DNA from: Andalucia godoyi And28
Taxonomy: Eukaryota > Protista > Jakobida
Reading direction: 5' to 3'
NCBI GenBank assembly: GCA_009859145.1
Contig: VRVR01000009.1
Location: 251,500 to 315,499, forward strand
Length of the DNA stretch: 64,000 nucleotides
Made by a program: the position numbers and the translations under genes
Shown here: piece after piece, positions 44,606-53,397 of the stretch
Position numbering within the stretch: position 1 is the stretch's first letter
How the letters are laid out: each line of letters starts with the position of its first letter
The notes under the pieces: generated by a model
What the model saw: the letters and a program-made list of their open reading frames with translations, nothing else
Databases searched by the model: none
Told to the model about the DNA's origin: nothing

Positions 44606-46255
44606 ATGTCTGAAGTGTCTCAGGTGCCGCCACCGACCGTGGAGCCGACGGAGGAAGTGGAAAGTGGAGAACTTTCAAAGAGTGCTGCCAAGAAGGCTGC
44701 AAAAAAGGCTGAAAAGGATGCCCGTAAAGCCGCGTCTGCGTCTGCACAGCAGGCTCCGCAGGGAAAGACAATCGAGGAGCTGTTCAAGGCCCTGTCGATT
44801 GAAGACATTGCTGCGGCGCAGTTTGGAGTTCTTCCTCTCGTGCAATCGCGCACCAATGTGCCTGTGGATGCGTTTGCAAGTTTGAAGAATCTCGACGAGT
44901 CGGCAGCTGGAACTGAAGTCCGTGTTCGATGCCGCGTTCATAATTCCAGATCCAAAGGAAAGCTGTGCTTTTTGGTCCTTCGCGATGGCCTCTATTCTGC
45001 ACAGGCAGTTCTTTTCCAGTCCGAGAGCATTTCAAAGGACATGGTGAAGTTTGCGTCGGGTATCCCAAAGGAGTCTATTGTTGACGTTGTCGCGCTGGTC
45101 TCGAAGCCTGACCAGCCGATTGAGAAGTGCTCGCAGAAGACCATTGAGCTGCATGTTCGCAAGCTGTTTGTTGTTTCGATGTCGTCTAGCAATCTTCCCA
45201 TTCAGCTCGAGGATGCAATGCGTCCAGAGTCGGAAACGACTGCAGAGGATGGTACCGAGTTTGTTCGCGTCAATCGTGATACACGCTTGGACAATCGAAC
45301 GCTGGACTTGCGTGTTCCGGCGCATCTTGCGATTTTCCGAATCCAATCGATGGTCGGCAATTTGTTCCGCGAGTACCTGTGCACGAATGATTTTATCGAG
45401 ATCCACTCGCCGAAAATGATTGGCGGCGCTTCAGAGGGCGGTGCAAATGTGTTCCAAATCAACTATTTTGGAAACAAGGCGTTTCTTGCACAGTCTCCGC
45501 AGTTGTACAAACAGATGGCTGTGATGGCAGACTTCAAGAAGGTGTTTGAAATCGGACCTGTTTTTAGGGCCGAGAACTCCAACACATTGAGGCATCTGAC
45601 CGAATTTACGGGACTTGATATTGAGATGGAGATTGTCAATTCGTATTCGGAAGTTCTCGATGTTCTTGATGACATGTTTGACTTCATCATTCGGAACTTG
45701 AATTCGCGCTGCCAGCGAGAGATGGAGGTGATTCGCACCCAGTATCCATTTGAACCATTCAAGTATACCAAACCAGCCCTTCGTCTGAAGTACCCTGAAG
45801 CGATCAAGATGCTCAAAGATGCTGGCGCAGACGCCCCCGATCTTGAAGACTTGAGCACTGTGAACGAGCGCCTTCTCGGCAAGCTCGTCAAGGACACATA
45901 CGATACGGATTTCTTCATGCTGGAAAAATTCCCGTCATGTGCTCGTCCATTCTACACAATGCCCTGTCCTGACGATTCGAGATACTCGAATTCGTATGAT
46001 TTGTTTTTCAGAGGTCAGGAGATTTGCTCTGGTGCGCAGCGAATTCACGACCCCGAACTCCTTATTTCTCGTGCTCGTGATCTTGGCGTCGATCCTCAAA
46101 CGCTTAGTCACTACATTGATTCTTTCAAATACGGCGCATATCCTCATGGCGGTGCCGGAATTGGCCTTGAGCGCGTGACGATGTTGTTCCTTGGACTGCA
46201 GGACGTGCGCAAGGCATCGCTGTTTCCCCGCGACCCGCAGCGTCTCATGCCTTGA
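44606..46255 (+). CDS. DARS1: Cytosolic aspartyl-tRNA synthetase, 549 aa
   Basis: OB-fold, LAQSPQLYKQ, FRAENSNT.RHLTEF, GQEICSGAQRIH, PHGGAGIGLER. Confidence 0.97.
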   Translation: MSEVSQVPPPTVEPTEEVESGELSKSAAKKAAKKAEKDARKAASASAQQAPQGKTIEELFKALSIEDIAAAQFGVLPLVQSRTNVPVDAFASLKNLDESAAGTEVRVRCRVHNSRSKGKLCFLVLRDGLYSAQAVLFQSESISKDMVKFASGIPKESIVDVVALVSKPDQPIEKCSQKTIELHVRKLFVVSMSSSNLPIQLEDAMRPESETTAEDGTEFVRVNRDTRLDNRTLDLRVPAHLAIFRIQSMVGNLFREYLCTNDFIEIHSPKMIGGASEGGANVFQINYFGNKAFLAQSPQLYKQMAVMADFKKVFEIGPVFRAENSNTLRHLTEFTGLDIEMEIVNSYSEVLDVLDDMFDFIIRNLNSRCQREMEVIRTQYPFEPFKYTKPALRLKYPEAIKMLKDAGADAPDLEDLSTVNERLLGKLVKDTYDTDFFMLEKFPSCARPFYTMPCPDDSRYSNSYDLFFRGQEICSGAQRIHDPELLISRARDLGVDPQTLSHYIDSFKYGAYPHGGAGIGLERVTMLFLGLQDVRKASLFPRDPQRLMP

Positions 46256-46654
46256 GGGAAAAAAGGAAGAAGTGCGCAGTAGTCAGTACGCACTGTGTGT
46301 TAATGGATTCCGATACAGGAAAACGGCGGCTGGACTGACGAAGAAAGCAGGCAAGCAACAGCACCTAAATTAAAAATCCAACCCAACCGACGACAACGAC
46401 GACGACAACGAAGAAGAAGAAGAAGCCGGATAACGGAAAAAACAAACGGACAAATGGGAGAGAGAGAGAAGAAATCTCAAGACTGGAAATACCGGAAATT
46501 CTCAATTGAATTTTATGGAAGCGCTCTTACATCGAATCACGATGACAACGAAAATATCATATCCACAATCACAACATAATAACATATGAATAAAATAAAG
46601 CAACAGCACAACAACAGCAGCAACAACCTCCCCTTCGATTTCTTGCCAGGACAA

Positions 46655-48013
46655 TCAGTTGCGACCTGCAATGGTTGCTCGCGCCATCATGTCATCGAGA
46701 GACTGCTTCGAAACTATGGACTTCACTTCTTCGATAATATGGCGGACAAGCTCGTTGAATTCAAGAGCATCTCCCTTGATTCGGTTCATTTCCACAAGAC
46801 AAAGAGTGTCCGAGACCGTCTTTGTGACCTCGACAGTAAACTGAACGATATCGCGCTGCATCCTTCTCGAGCACTTGATAAACACCCCAGAGGATTTCAT
46901 TTGCGGGCTGCAGCCAATCTTTGTCAATCCGCCCATGAGAATGCGAATCACGTCGGGGGCCTTGCCTTCTGCCATGAATTGCGGAGATTTCTTGGATTTG
47001 CCAGACGGGCCAGACACCAAGCCGGTCATCGTGCCTGCCATCAGGTGCGCTGCTAAATCAAATGCATTCATGGTCGGCTTTGGAATGGCCGACTCTGCAG
47101 ATTCTGTTTCTTCAGCGTTCTGGAAATCCTGGGACGATCCGACAGGAGCGGTGGGCGCAGAGGCATGTGCAGCGTCTGCCTCGTCTTTGAAATTCTTTGC
47201 AAACCAAGGGTTCTTCTTGATCTGAGGGATCGTCAATCGTTTCTTGGGATCAACCACCAACATCTTGGAAATGAAGTCGGCGACCTCGGGCGAAAACCAT
47301 CGTGGAGTCTTGTACTCGCCCTTTTCGATTTTCTGAAACAGGACATTCAGTGATGGATCATCGAACGGAAGAGCTCCCGCAATCATGACATACAGGATCA
47401 CTCCGCACGACCAAATGTCTGCCTTGAAACCGTCATACCCCTTTTCCGCGAGCACTTCAGGAGCCACGTAATTCGGCGTTCCACAGGTGGTCGTGAGCAG
47501 CTCCGATTTGCCAGCATCAGGAGAGTCCGACAAGGCAGACAAACCAAAGTCAGAGATCTTCAGCACATCCTTCTCATCCAACAGCAGATTCTCAGGCTTC
47601 AAGTCCCGATGAGCAATGTTGTTCTTGTGGCAGTATTCGATTCCTACAATCAGCTGCTGGAAAAAGTACCTTGCAGTGTCCTCATCAAAGCGCTTTGCCT
47701 GGACGATGCGATCGAACAGTTCGCCTCCCGTGATCAGCTCCAAGACAATGTAGATGTTACGCTGTGTTTGCAGCACCTCGTTCAGATTCACAATGTTCGG
47801 GTGGCGCATCATTTTCATGATCGTAATCTCACGCTTCAACTGAGCCTCCATATGCTCCTTGATGACCTTCTGACGATCCACAATCTTCACTGCCCAAGCC
47901 TTTCCTGTGCGAATATCCACAGCATACTTGACCTTTGAAAAAGTACCCTTTCCAAGCGTCTTGCCCAATTCGTAGTTGCCTACGCGCTTTACCATCTGTG
48001 AATCGGAGGACAT
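46655..48013 (-). CDS. CBL-interacting protein kinase (CIPK/SnRK3-like) with NAF motif, 452 aa
   Basis: SNF1-type kinase domain (GKGTFSKV, HRDLKPEN, TTCGTPNYVAPE, GYDGFKADIWSCG), MNAFDL at about 47054-47071, and a KA1-like tail with GDALEF. Confidence 0.85.
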   Translation of the reverse strand: MSSDSQMVKRVGNYELGKTLGKGTFSKVKYAVDIRTGKAWAVKIVDRQKVIKEHMEAQLKREITIMKMMRHPNIVNLNEVLQTQRNIYIVLELITGGELFDRIVQAKRFDEDTARYFFQQLIVGIEYCHKNNIAHRDLKPENLLLDEKDVLKISDFGLSALSDSPDAGKSELLTTTCGTPNYVAPEVLAEKGYDGFKADIWSCGVILYVMIAGALPFDDPSLNVLFQKIEKGEYKTPRWFSPEVADFISKMLVVDPKKRLTIPQIKKNPWFAKNFKDEADAAHASAPTAPVGSSQDFQNAEETESAESAIPKPTMNAFDLAAHLMAGTMTGLVSGPSGKSKKSPQFMAEGKAPDVIRILMGGLTKIGCSPQMKSSGVFIKCSRRMQRDIVQFTVEVTKTVSDTLCLVEMNRIKGDALEFNELVRHIIEEVKSIVSKQSLDDMMARATIAGRN

Positions 48014-48861
48014 CTTCTTCTTCTTCTTCTTCTTGTTGTTGTTGTTGTCGGAGTTGTTCTTTCAAGCTTTCTTTAGCACAAAACAAAAAACCTGTAAAAA
48101 CAAGAGGGAAGAACAGCAGGGAATATGTAAATCACGAGGGCTTGGCAAAATATTTTTTAAAAAAAACTATTAACAGTGTTCTCAGAGATAAAGATGTTTA
48201 AAAAAGCCAATCAAAATAAAATAACAATGATTATGATTATGAGTATAAAATGAACCCCAAAACCAAGACCAAGACCAAGACCAACAACAAGCAACAAGCA
48301 ACAAGCAACAAGCAACAAGCAAACAATCCGAGGGACGCTGCACAAAACGCATAGATGACAGGGAAGCGCACATGGGGCGGTGGTTGACACTTTGGACAGC
48401 TTTTCCGGGCGGCTGTCAGCAGTCAGCAGTCAGCAGCCAGCAGTCAGCATGTCCGTGAAGGGATTGATAGCAAATGACAGCAATTTGCAAGCATACAGCA
48501 GGAAAAGTTTCTTCTTTCACGCTGAGGTTTTTTTTTCCTCCGGTGTTTCTTGGCTGTGAGCCGTGCACCATATCCACAAAAAGCTCCAAGCACATTTTTT
48601 ACGACGCTGGACCGCTGGTGGATACCAGAACATGGAGCCAGAAAAGAAGCGACACTGGGTATCAGCTGTCATCCTCATCCACGAAGAGCCTAAGCATCAA
48701 CTGCTGTAGCTCACAGCTCCGTGTGCCGGATCTTTTGCCGCCGCTCTTCTGCTTTTTTTCACTTGCTCGTTCCGTTCTTTGGTCTTGTTATTATTATTTT
48801 TTTCGCTCTTTGTGATTCTCGGTTTTCGGGAGAACGAGATACAAAACAAATTTTCGGGGAG

Positions 48862-51051
48862 ATGGATTTTACGTTTGACCAGGATTTGTTCGCAAAGTTG
48901 CAAGAGACTGGTACGCATTTGAGCAGTGCCGGCGCGAGTCGAAAGCGCGAGCGACAGCAAGCAATCTCGGCCTCAGATTCAGATTCAGATTCAGGTTCAG
49001 GTTCAGGTTCCGATGCAGAAGATGCAGATTCAGGTTCTGAAAATGCAAGTGATGATGGTGTGGGCTCTGTGTTGTCAGATGACGCGGTAGATGAAGATGT
49101 CATCCTGGATGTTGTAGACTCTGACCATGAAGCGGACGGCGACGAAGAACCGATGTACAAGTTTGACACGTATGCCGATGCCGAGTCTGCGACCGCCAGT
49201 TCATTTTCTGATTTGCACATTTCAAAGATCCTTGTTCGCGGACTCTCTGCCATTGGAATTCACTCTCCCACGCCAGTGCAGGCAGCAGCTATTCCTCCGA
49301 TTCTGAAAGGAATGGATGTGTGCGCAAGCGCTGTCACTGGATCCGGAAAGACGCTCGCATTCCTCCTGCCGCTTCTGGATCGGCTGCTGCATTTGAAAAA
49401 GGACGCAGGATTTGGGTTCAACCAACCTGAATCGAGAATTTTGGTCCTGGTGCCTACGAGAGAGCTTGCTCTGCAGTGCAGTCAGGTGCTTGACAAGCTG
49501 TTCAGCCTTCCGCAGCTGACCAAGTTGGTGACACATTGTGTTCTTATTGGTGGACTGAGCTCTTCTGTCCAGACTGCTCAGCTTCGGCAGAAACCTGACA
49601 TTGTGATCGCGACCCCCGGACGCCTGCTGGACTTGCTGATGAATGCTGCGTCGATCTGCCTGGAAGAAACGATAGAGGTCCTCGTGCTTGACGAAGCCGA
49701 TCGATTGCTAGAAATGGGGTTCGAAGACGAATTGAAAGAAATTCTGTCCCGGTTGAAAGTGTCAGAGGGAAAGCGACAGACTGTCTTATTCTCTGCCACA
49801 ATGACTGAAAAGGTCTCGGATCTGATCCGGCTCTCTTTGAAAAAGCCTGTTCGAGTATCCGTTGATGGAAAATATGATGTTGCATCGGGTTTGTCGCAGG
49901 AGTTTGTGAAGATCCGCACAAGAATATCACTGAAAGTCCTGTCCGAACATCGAACGGGCACCTCACATTCGAACTCTGCTGAACGCATTTCGAAGGATGA
50001 AGATGGCGGTGACAGCGACGACAACGACGACGACGACAACAGCGACGACAACGACGACGAGCGTTTGCCCGAAGCTGCAGAAGAAGCAGATGCCAACGAC
50101 TTCACTTCCAAATCCAGGGCTGCAGATAACGTCAGAGATCGAAGCTTTGTCCCGTCTGCAGAAGACCTTGCCCGAGAAGGTGCCTTGTTGGCGCTCTTGA
50201 GGCGGACGTATAAATCCCGGGTGATCGTATTCTTCTCTCTCAAGAGGTCGATTGACCGCGTGTCTTGTCTGCTTTCGCATTTCGGCATCCAGAATGTTGT
50301 GTTGCACGGATCGTTGTCGCAAACGCAAAGAATGGCATCTCTTGCCGACTTTCAGGCAGGGAAGGCGGAGATTCTGCTTTGCACGGACGTTGCTGCTCGT
50401 GGAATTGACATTGCTTCTGTGAAAACTGTGATCAATTACGATCTTCCGTCCGCATTGGCATCCTACATACATCGTGTTGGGCGAACAGCTCGTGCCGGGA
50501 AAAAGGGATGTTCGGTTAGCCTGATAGGAGAAGCAGACCGACGACTTCTGCGGGACATTGTCAAATCTCAAAAGCAAACAAGTGTGTTGAAAAACCGTGT
50601 CGTTGCCCCCAACGTGCTTGCGCAGAATTTTTCGCGCATTCTCCGGGCTGGGTCTGCGATTTCCAGACGTTTGCAGGAGTTATCCGTCGAACGGCAAGTG
50701 GAGCGTACCGAAATGGAATTGAAAAAGGCGCAAAATTCTGTCACCTTTCACGACGAAATCATGAGTCGACCAAAGAAGACGTGGATTCAAAAGAATTCGC
50801 TCGTCCAGCAGGAACTCGAGAATCAAGGGGGTCGACACGGACCGAAGAAATCTGCCAAACAGATGGAACGGGAGAAGGAAATGAAATTTGTTCGTGTCGC
50901 TTCTCGATTTTCCAAGAGGACGCACAAGGACAGCCGGTTGAACGCAGAAGAGCTTCCAAAGAAGAACTCGGGCTCTCATTTTTCCAAAGGAAGTAGACGT
51001 AATGATTCGAGAGACAGTAAGCGAAGCAAGAGACCGTTTGCAAGCAAGTGA
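48862..51051 (+). CDS. DDX27: DEAD-box helicase Drs1/DDX27, 729 aa
   Basis: AVTGSGKT, PTRELA, TPGRL, DEADRLLEMGF, SATM, SQEFVKIR, HRVGRTARAG, EIMSRPKKTW. Confidence 0.9.
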   Translation: MDFTFDQDLFAKLQETGTHLSSAGASRKRERQQAISASDSDSDSGSGSGSDAEDADSGSENASDDGVGSVLSDDAVDEDVILDVVDSDHEADGDEEPMYKFDTYADAESATASSFSDLHISKILVRGLSAIGIHSPTPVQAAAIPPILKGMDVCASAVTGSGKTLAFLLPLLDRLLHLKKDAGFGFNQPESRILVLVPTRELALQCSQVLDKLFSLPQLTKLVTHCVLIGGLSSSVQTAQLRQKPDIVIATPGRLLDLLMNAASICLEETIEVLVLDEADRLLEMGFEDELKEILSRLKVSEGKRQTVLFSATMTEKVSDLIRLSLKKPVRVSVDGKYDVASGLSQEFVKIRTRISLKVLSEHRTGTSHSNSAERISKDEDGGDSDDNDDDDNSDDNDDERLPEAAEEADANDFTSKSRAADNVRDRSFVPSAEDLAREGALLALLRRTYKSRVIVFFSLKRSIDRVSCLLSHFGIQNVVLHGSLSQTQRMASLADFQAGKAEILLCTDVAARGIDIASVKTVINYDLPSALASYIHRVGRTARAGKKGCSVSLIGEADRRLLRDIVKSQKQTSVLKNRVVAPNVLAQNFSRILRAGSAISRRLQELSVERQVERTEMELKKAQNSVTFHDEIMSRPKKTWIQKNSLVQQELENQGGRHGPKKSAKQMEREKEMKFVRVASRFSKRTHKDSRLNAEELPKKNSGSHFSKGSRRNDSRDSKRSKRPFASK

Positions 51052-51084
51052 GCCTTGGATGTGTTCGAGCCTACCCTCCCTGTC

Positions 51085-51138
51085 GAATTTCAATTCACAT
51101 TTGGTTCCGAGGCAAAGCTGAGTATGGACGATCAGCAA
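51085..51138 (+). repeat. Dispersed 54-nt element, copy B
   Basis: 45/54 identity to 29432-29485; begins 34 nt after the DDX27 stop. Confidence 0.75.
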
Positions 51139-51393
51139 ATGATTAACCATGCTCAGTGTGCAATGCTGGCGTTTGCAAAGAGGCCACGAAATAGCATTGT
51201 TTTCCCCTTTTTTCTTTCTTTCTTTTTCCATGGACTCCTGACTGAGGATGGTGTGAGGAGGGGGAGGAGAACGACAACGGGAGAGAAGAACAGCACGAAA
51301 AAAGGTAAAGAGAAATCGAGTGTGCAAAATCAACGGAAGCGGAAAAATAAAGAATAAAATTTGTACAAAATAAAATACTATCCAAACATGCGG

Positions 51394-52803
51394 TTATCTA
51401 TGTTCAGTTTCGGTTGCCACAGGGGCCGGATTGGACACGTTTCTTACATCAGCAACAGCACGGCGAGCATCGTCCTCGTCGATGCCTCCATCAGCGTCGT
51501 CATCAGCGTCGTCAACGTCATCCATATCCTCGGACATATCCTCGGACATGGAATCGGGCCCTCCCATCATTTGCGCTTCCCGATGAGCTTGAGCTGCAGT
51601 TGACATCGCGGCAAGATGATTTTCGAACCCCTCGTGCAGCTGATCCAACTCCGTGCGAACGATCTGGAACTGAGAGATGAGAATTGACACTCGGTTGCGC
51701 AGCGACCGCATCATCGAATCTGAAATGATCGATCCGTCCTTCGCAATAGGAATTTGAATTTCTCCCTGTGGTGCTGACGAGGTATCCATGAGAAGTTCTT
51801 CTGCTGCAAGTGTTGTGGACGAGATTCCGTGCGGGTTATGCTTTGACGAGGTGCTGCGTGCTTCTCGTTTTGCTCTTGCTCGACGATTGTAAAACCACAC
51901 CTGGATTCGCCGGGAATCCATTCGCAAATCTGCCGATATCTGCGTAAGCTCCGTGGTAGTGGGATGCTGCTCTTGCAAAAAATATGCTTCCAAAATGATA
52001 GTCTCTTCGGTAGTAAAATTCCGTCGATCACGCTTTGGCTTTTTGGATGGACGGCCGTTCGAATGCGATTCTGCTGCAGCACCGTGGTCTCCCGATTCAT
52101 GAAGCCGAAAGTGCCTTGACGTGGTGGACACCGAGGGAGAGGAATGCGAATCGGATTCTGGAGATGCACTGGCCCAATTCTCATCTGTGTTGTGGGGTGG
52201 TGCCATTCGAGATGACGAACCGGTCGATGCACTTGCGACATTGTTGTGATCCGGTCGATGCAGTTCAGCACCCTCTTTCTTCACCTCGTGTCCACCAGAA
52301 AATCCGAGAGACGGCGATGTTGTGCTACGACCCGCCAAACCCGAAGCCGACTCCACCACCGAAGAGTCATTGTGCATCATCGAGTGCGCAGACGAGGGTT
52401 CCTTGGTCGTCACATCATCCGAATGTCGGGACTCTGGCGTTTGCTGTGATTGAGCCTCCCGATGAACAACAATGCCCACCTGCTCTGCACTGCTTCTACT
52501 GCTGTGTAGCGTCACTGCAGTGCCATTCCCCGATCCAGGGGCAGGCAGATCTCGATCTGAACCTGACCCGGAACCCGAACCCGAACCCGAACCCGAACCC
52601 GATTCTGAATCCGAATGCAAATGCAATTGTGAATGCGATGGCGAACGGGAATGTGAATGTATTGAGATGGAGGAAAGCCGAGAGTCCTGTTGCGCTGAAG
52701 AAGGATATATTCGGAAATCACCGGCAGTATCCAAAGCAGATCGTCCCTTTTCACGACTGAGATCCAGAGCCGCATTGGACTCACCTCCCACACTTGTATC
52801 CAT
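51394..52803 (-). CDS. Homeodomain protein (non-TALE) with a downstream coiled coil, 469 aa
   Basis: RRNFTTEETIILEAYF...HP....LTQIS.DLRM..RRIQVWFYNRRAR (about 51860-52040); amphipathic helix LRNRVSILISQFQIVRTELDQL. Confidence 0.88.
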   Translation of the reverse strand: MDTSVGGESNAALDLSREKGRSALDTAGDFRIYPSSAQQDSRLSSISIHSHSRSPSHSQLHLHSDSESGSGSGSGSGSGSGSDRDLPAPGSGNGTAVTLHSSRSSAEQVGIVVHREAQSQQTPESRHSDDVTTKEPSSAHSMMHNDSSVVESASGLAGRSTTSPSLGFSGGHEVKKEGAELHRPDHNNVASASTGSSSRMAPPHNTDENWASASPESDSHSSPSVSTTSRHFRLHESGDHGAAAESHSNGRPSKKPKRDRRNFTTEETIILEAYFLQEQHPTTTELTQISADLRMDSRRIQVWFYNRRARAKREARSTSSKHNPHGISSTTLAAEELLMDTSSAPQGEIQIPIAKDGSIISDSMMRSLRNRVSILISQFQIVRTELDQLHEGFENHLAAMSTAAQAHREAQMMGGPDSMSEDMSEDMDDVDDADDDADGGIDEDDARRAVADVRNVSNPAPVATETEHR

Positions 52804-53397
52804 TATCCACCAAAGATAAAAACTCTTTTCTCACCAATACAAAAGGAATAGAACAGAAATAAAACCATACAAACGTAAGGAAAAAACTATCAAAAAAAAA
52901 AAAAATGCTGGGAAAATAAAAATCAGAGCCAAAAAGATGCCGCCAAAAAAACGAGAAAAGGAAGACATCGGCTCTGAAAGCTCTTCTTATTGATGCTTGA
53001 TGCTTGCCGTAGTCTGTACATCGACTTTTTTTATAATGGAGTGTTTCTCTCGTGTTGTTGGACTCACGTTTGTGTGCCTGAAATAATCATCCTTTCGTGT
53101 TTTTTTAAGTTTCAGTGGTTTATCCTCACACACACACACACTCTCTCTCTCTCTCTTTTTCTCTTTTCTCACAGATCAAAGAAGGAGGACATTTTCGATT
53201 TTTAAAAAAAAGGTTTTGGTTAACGTGTACATTGCATATTGACTCATTACCATTCCTGATTGAGTCCTCGGCTGTTCGTGTTGTGGCGTTGGTCGTACAT
53301 CAAAGAAGAAGAAAACAAAACAAAACAAAAACAAGAAGAAGAGACCGGGAGGGAAAAAAAAAGAAAGAAGAAGAGCTGCATCTACTATTCTTGAGAA

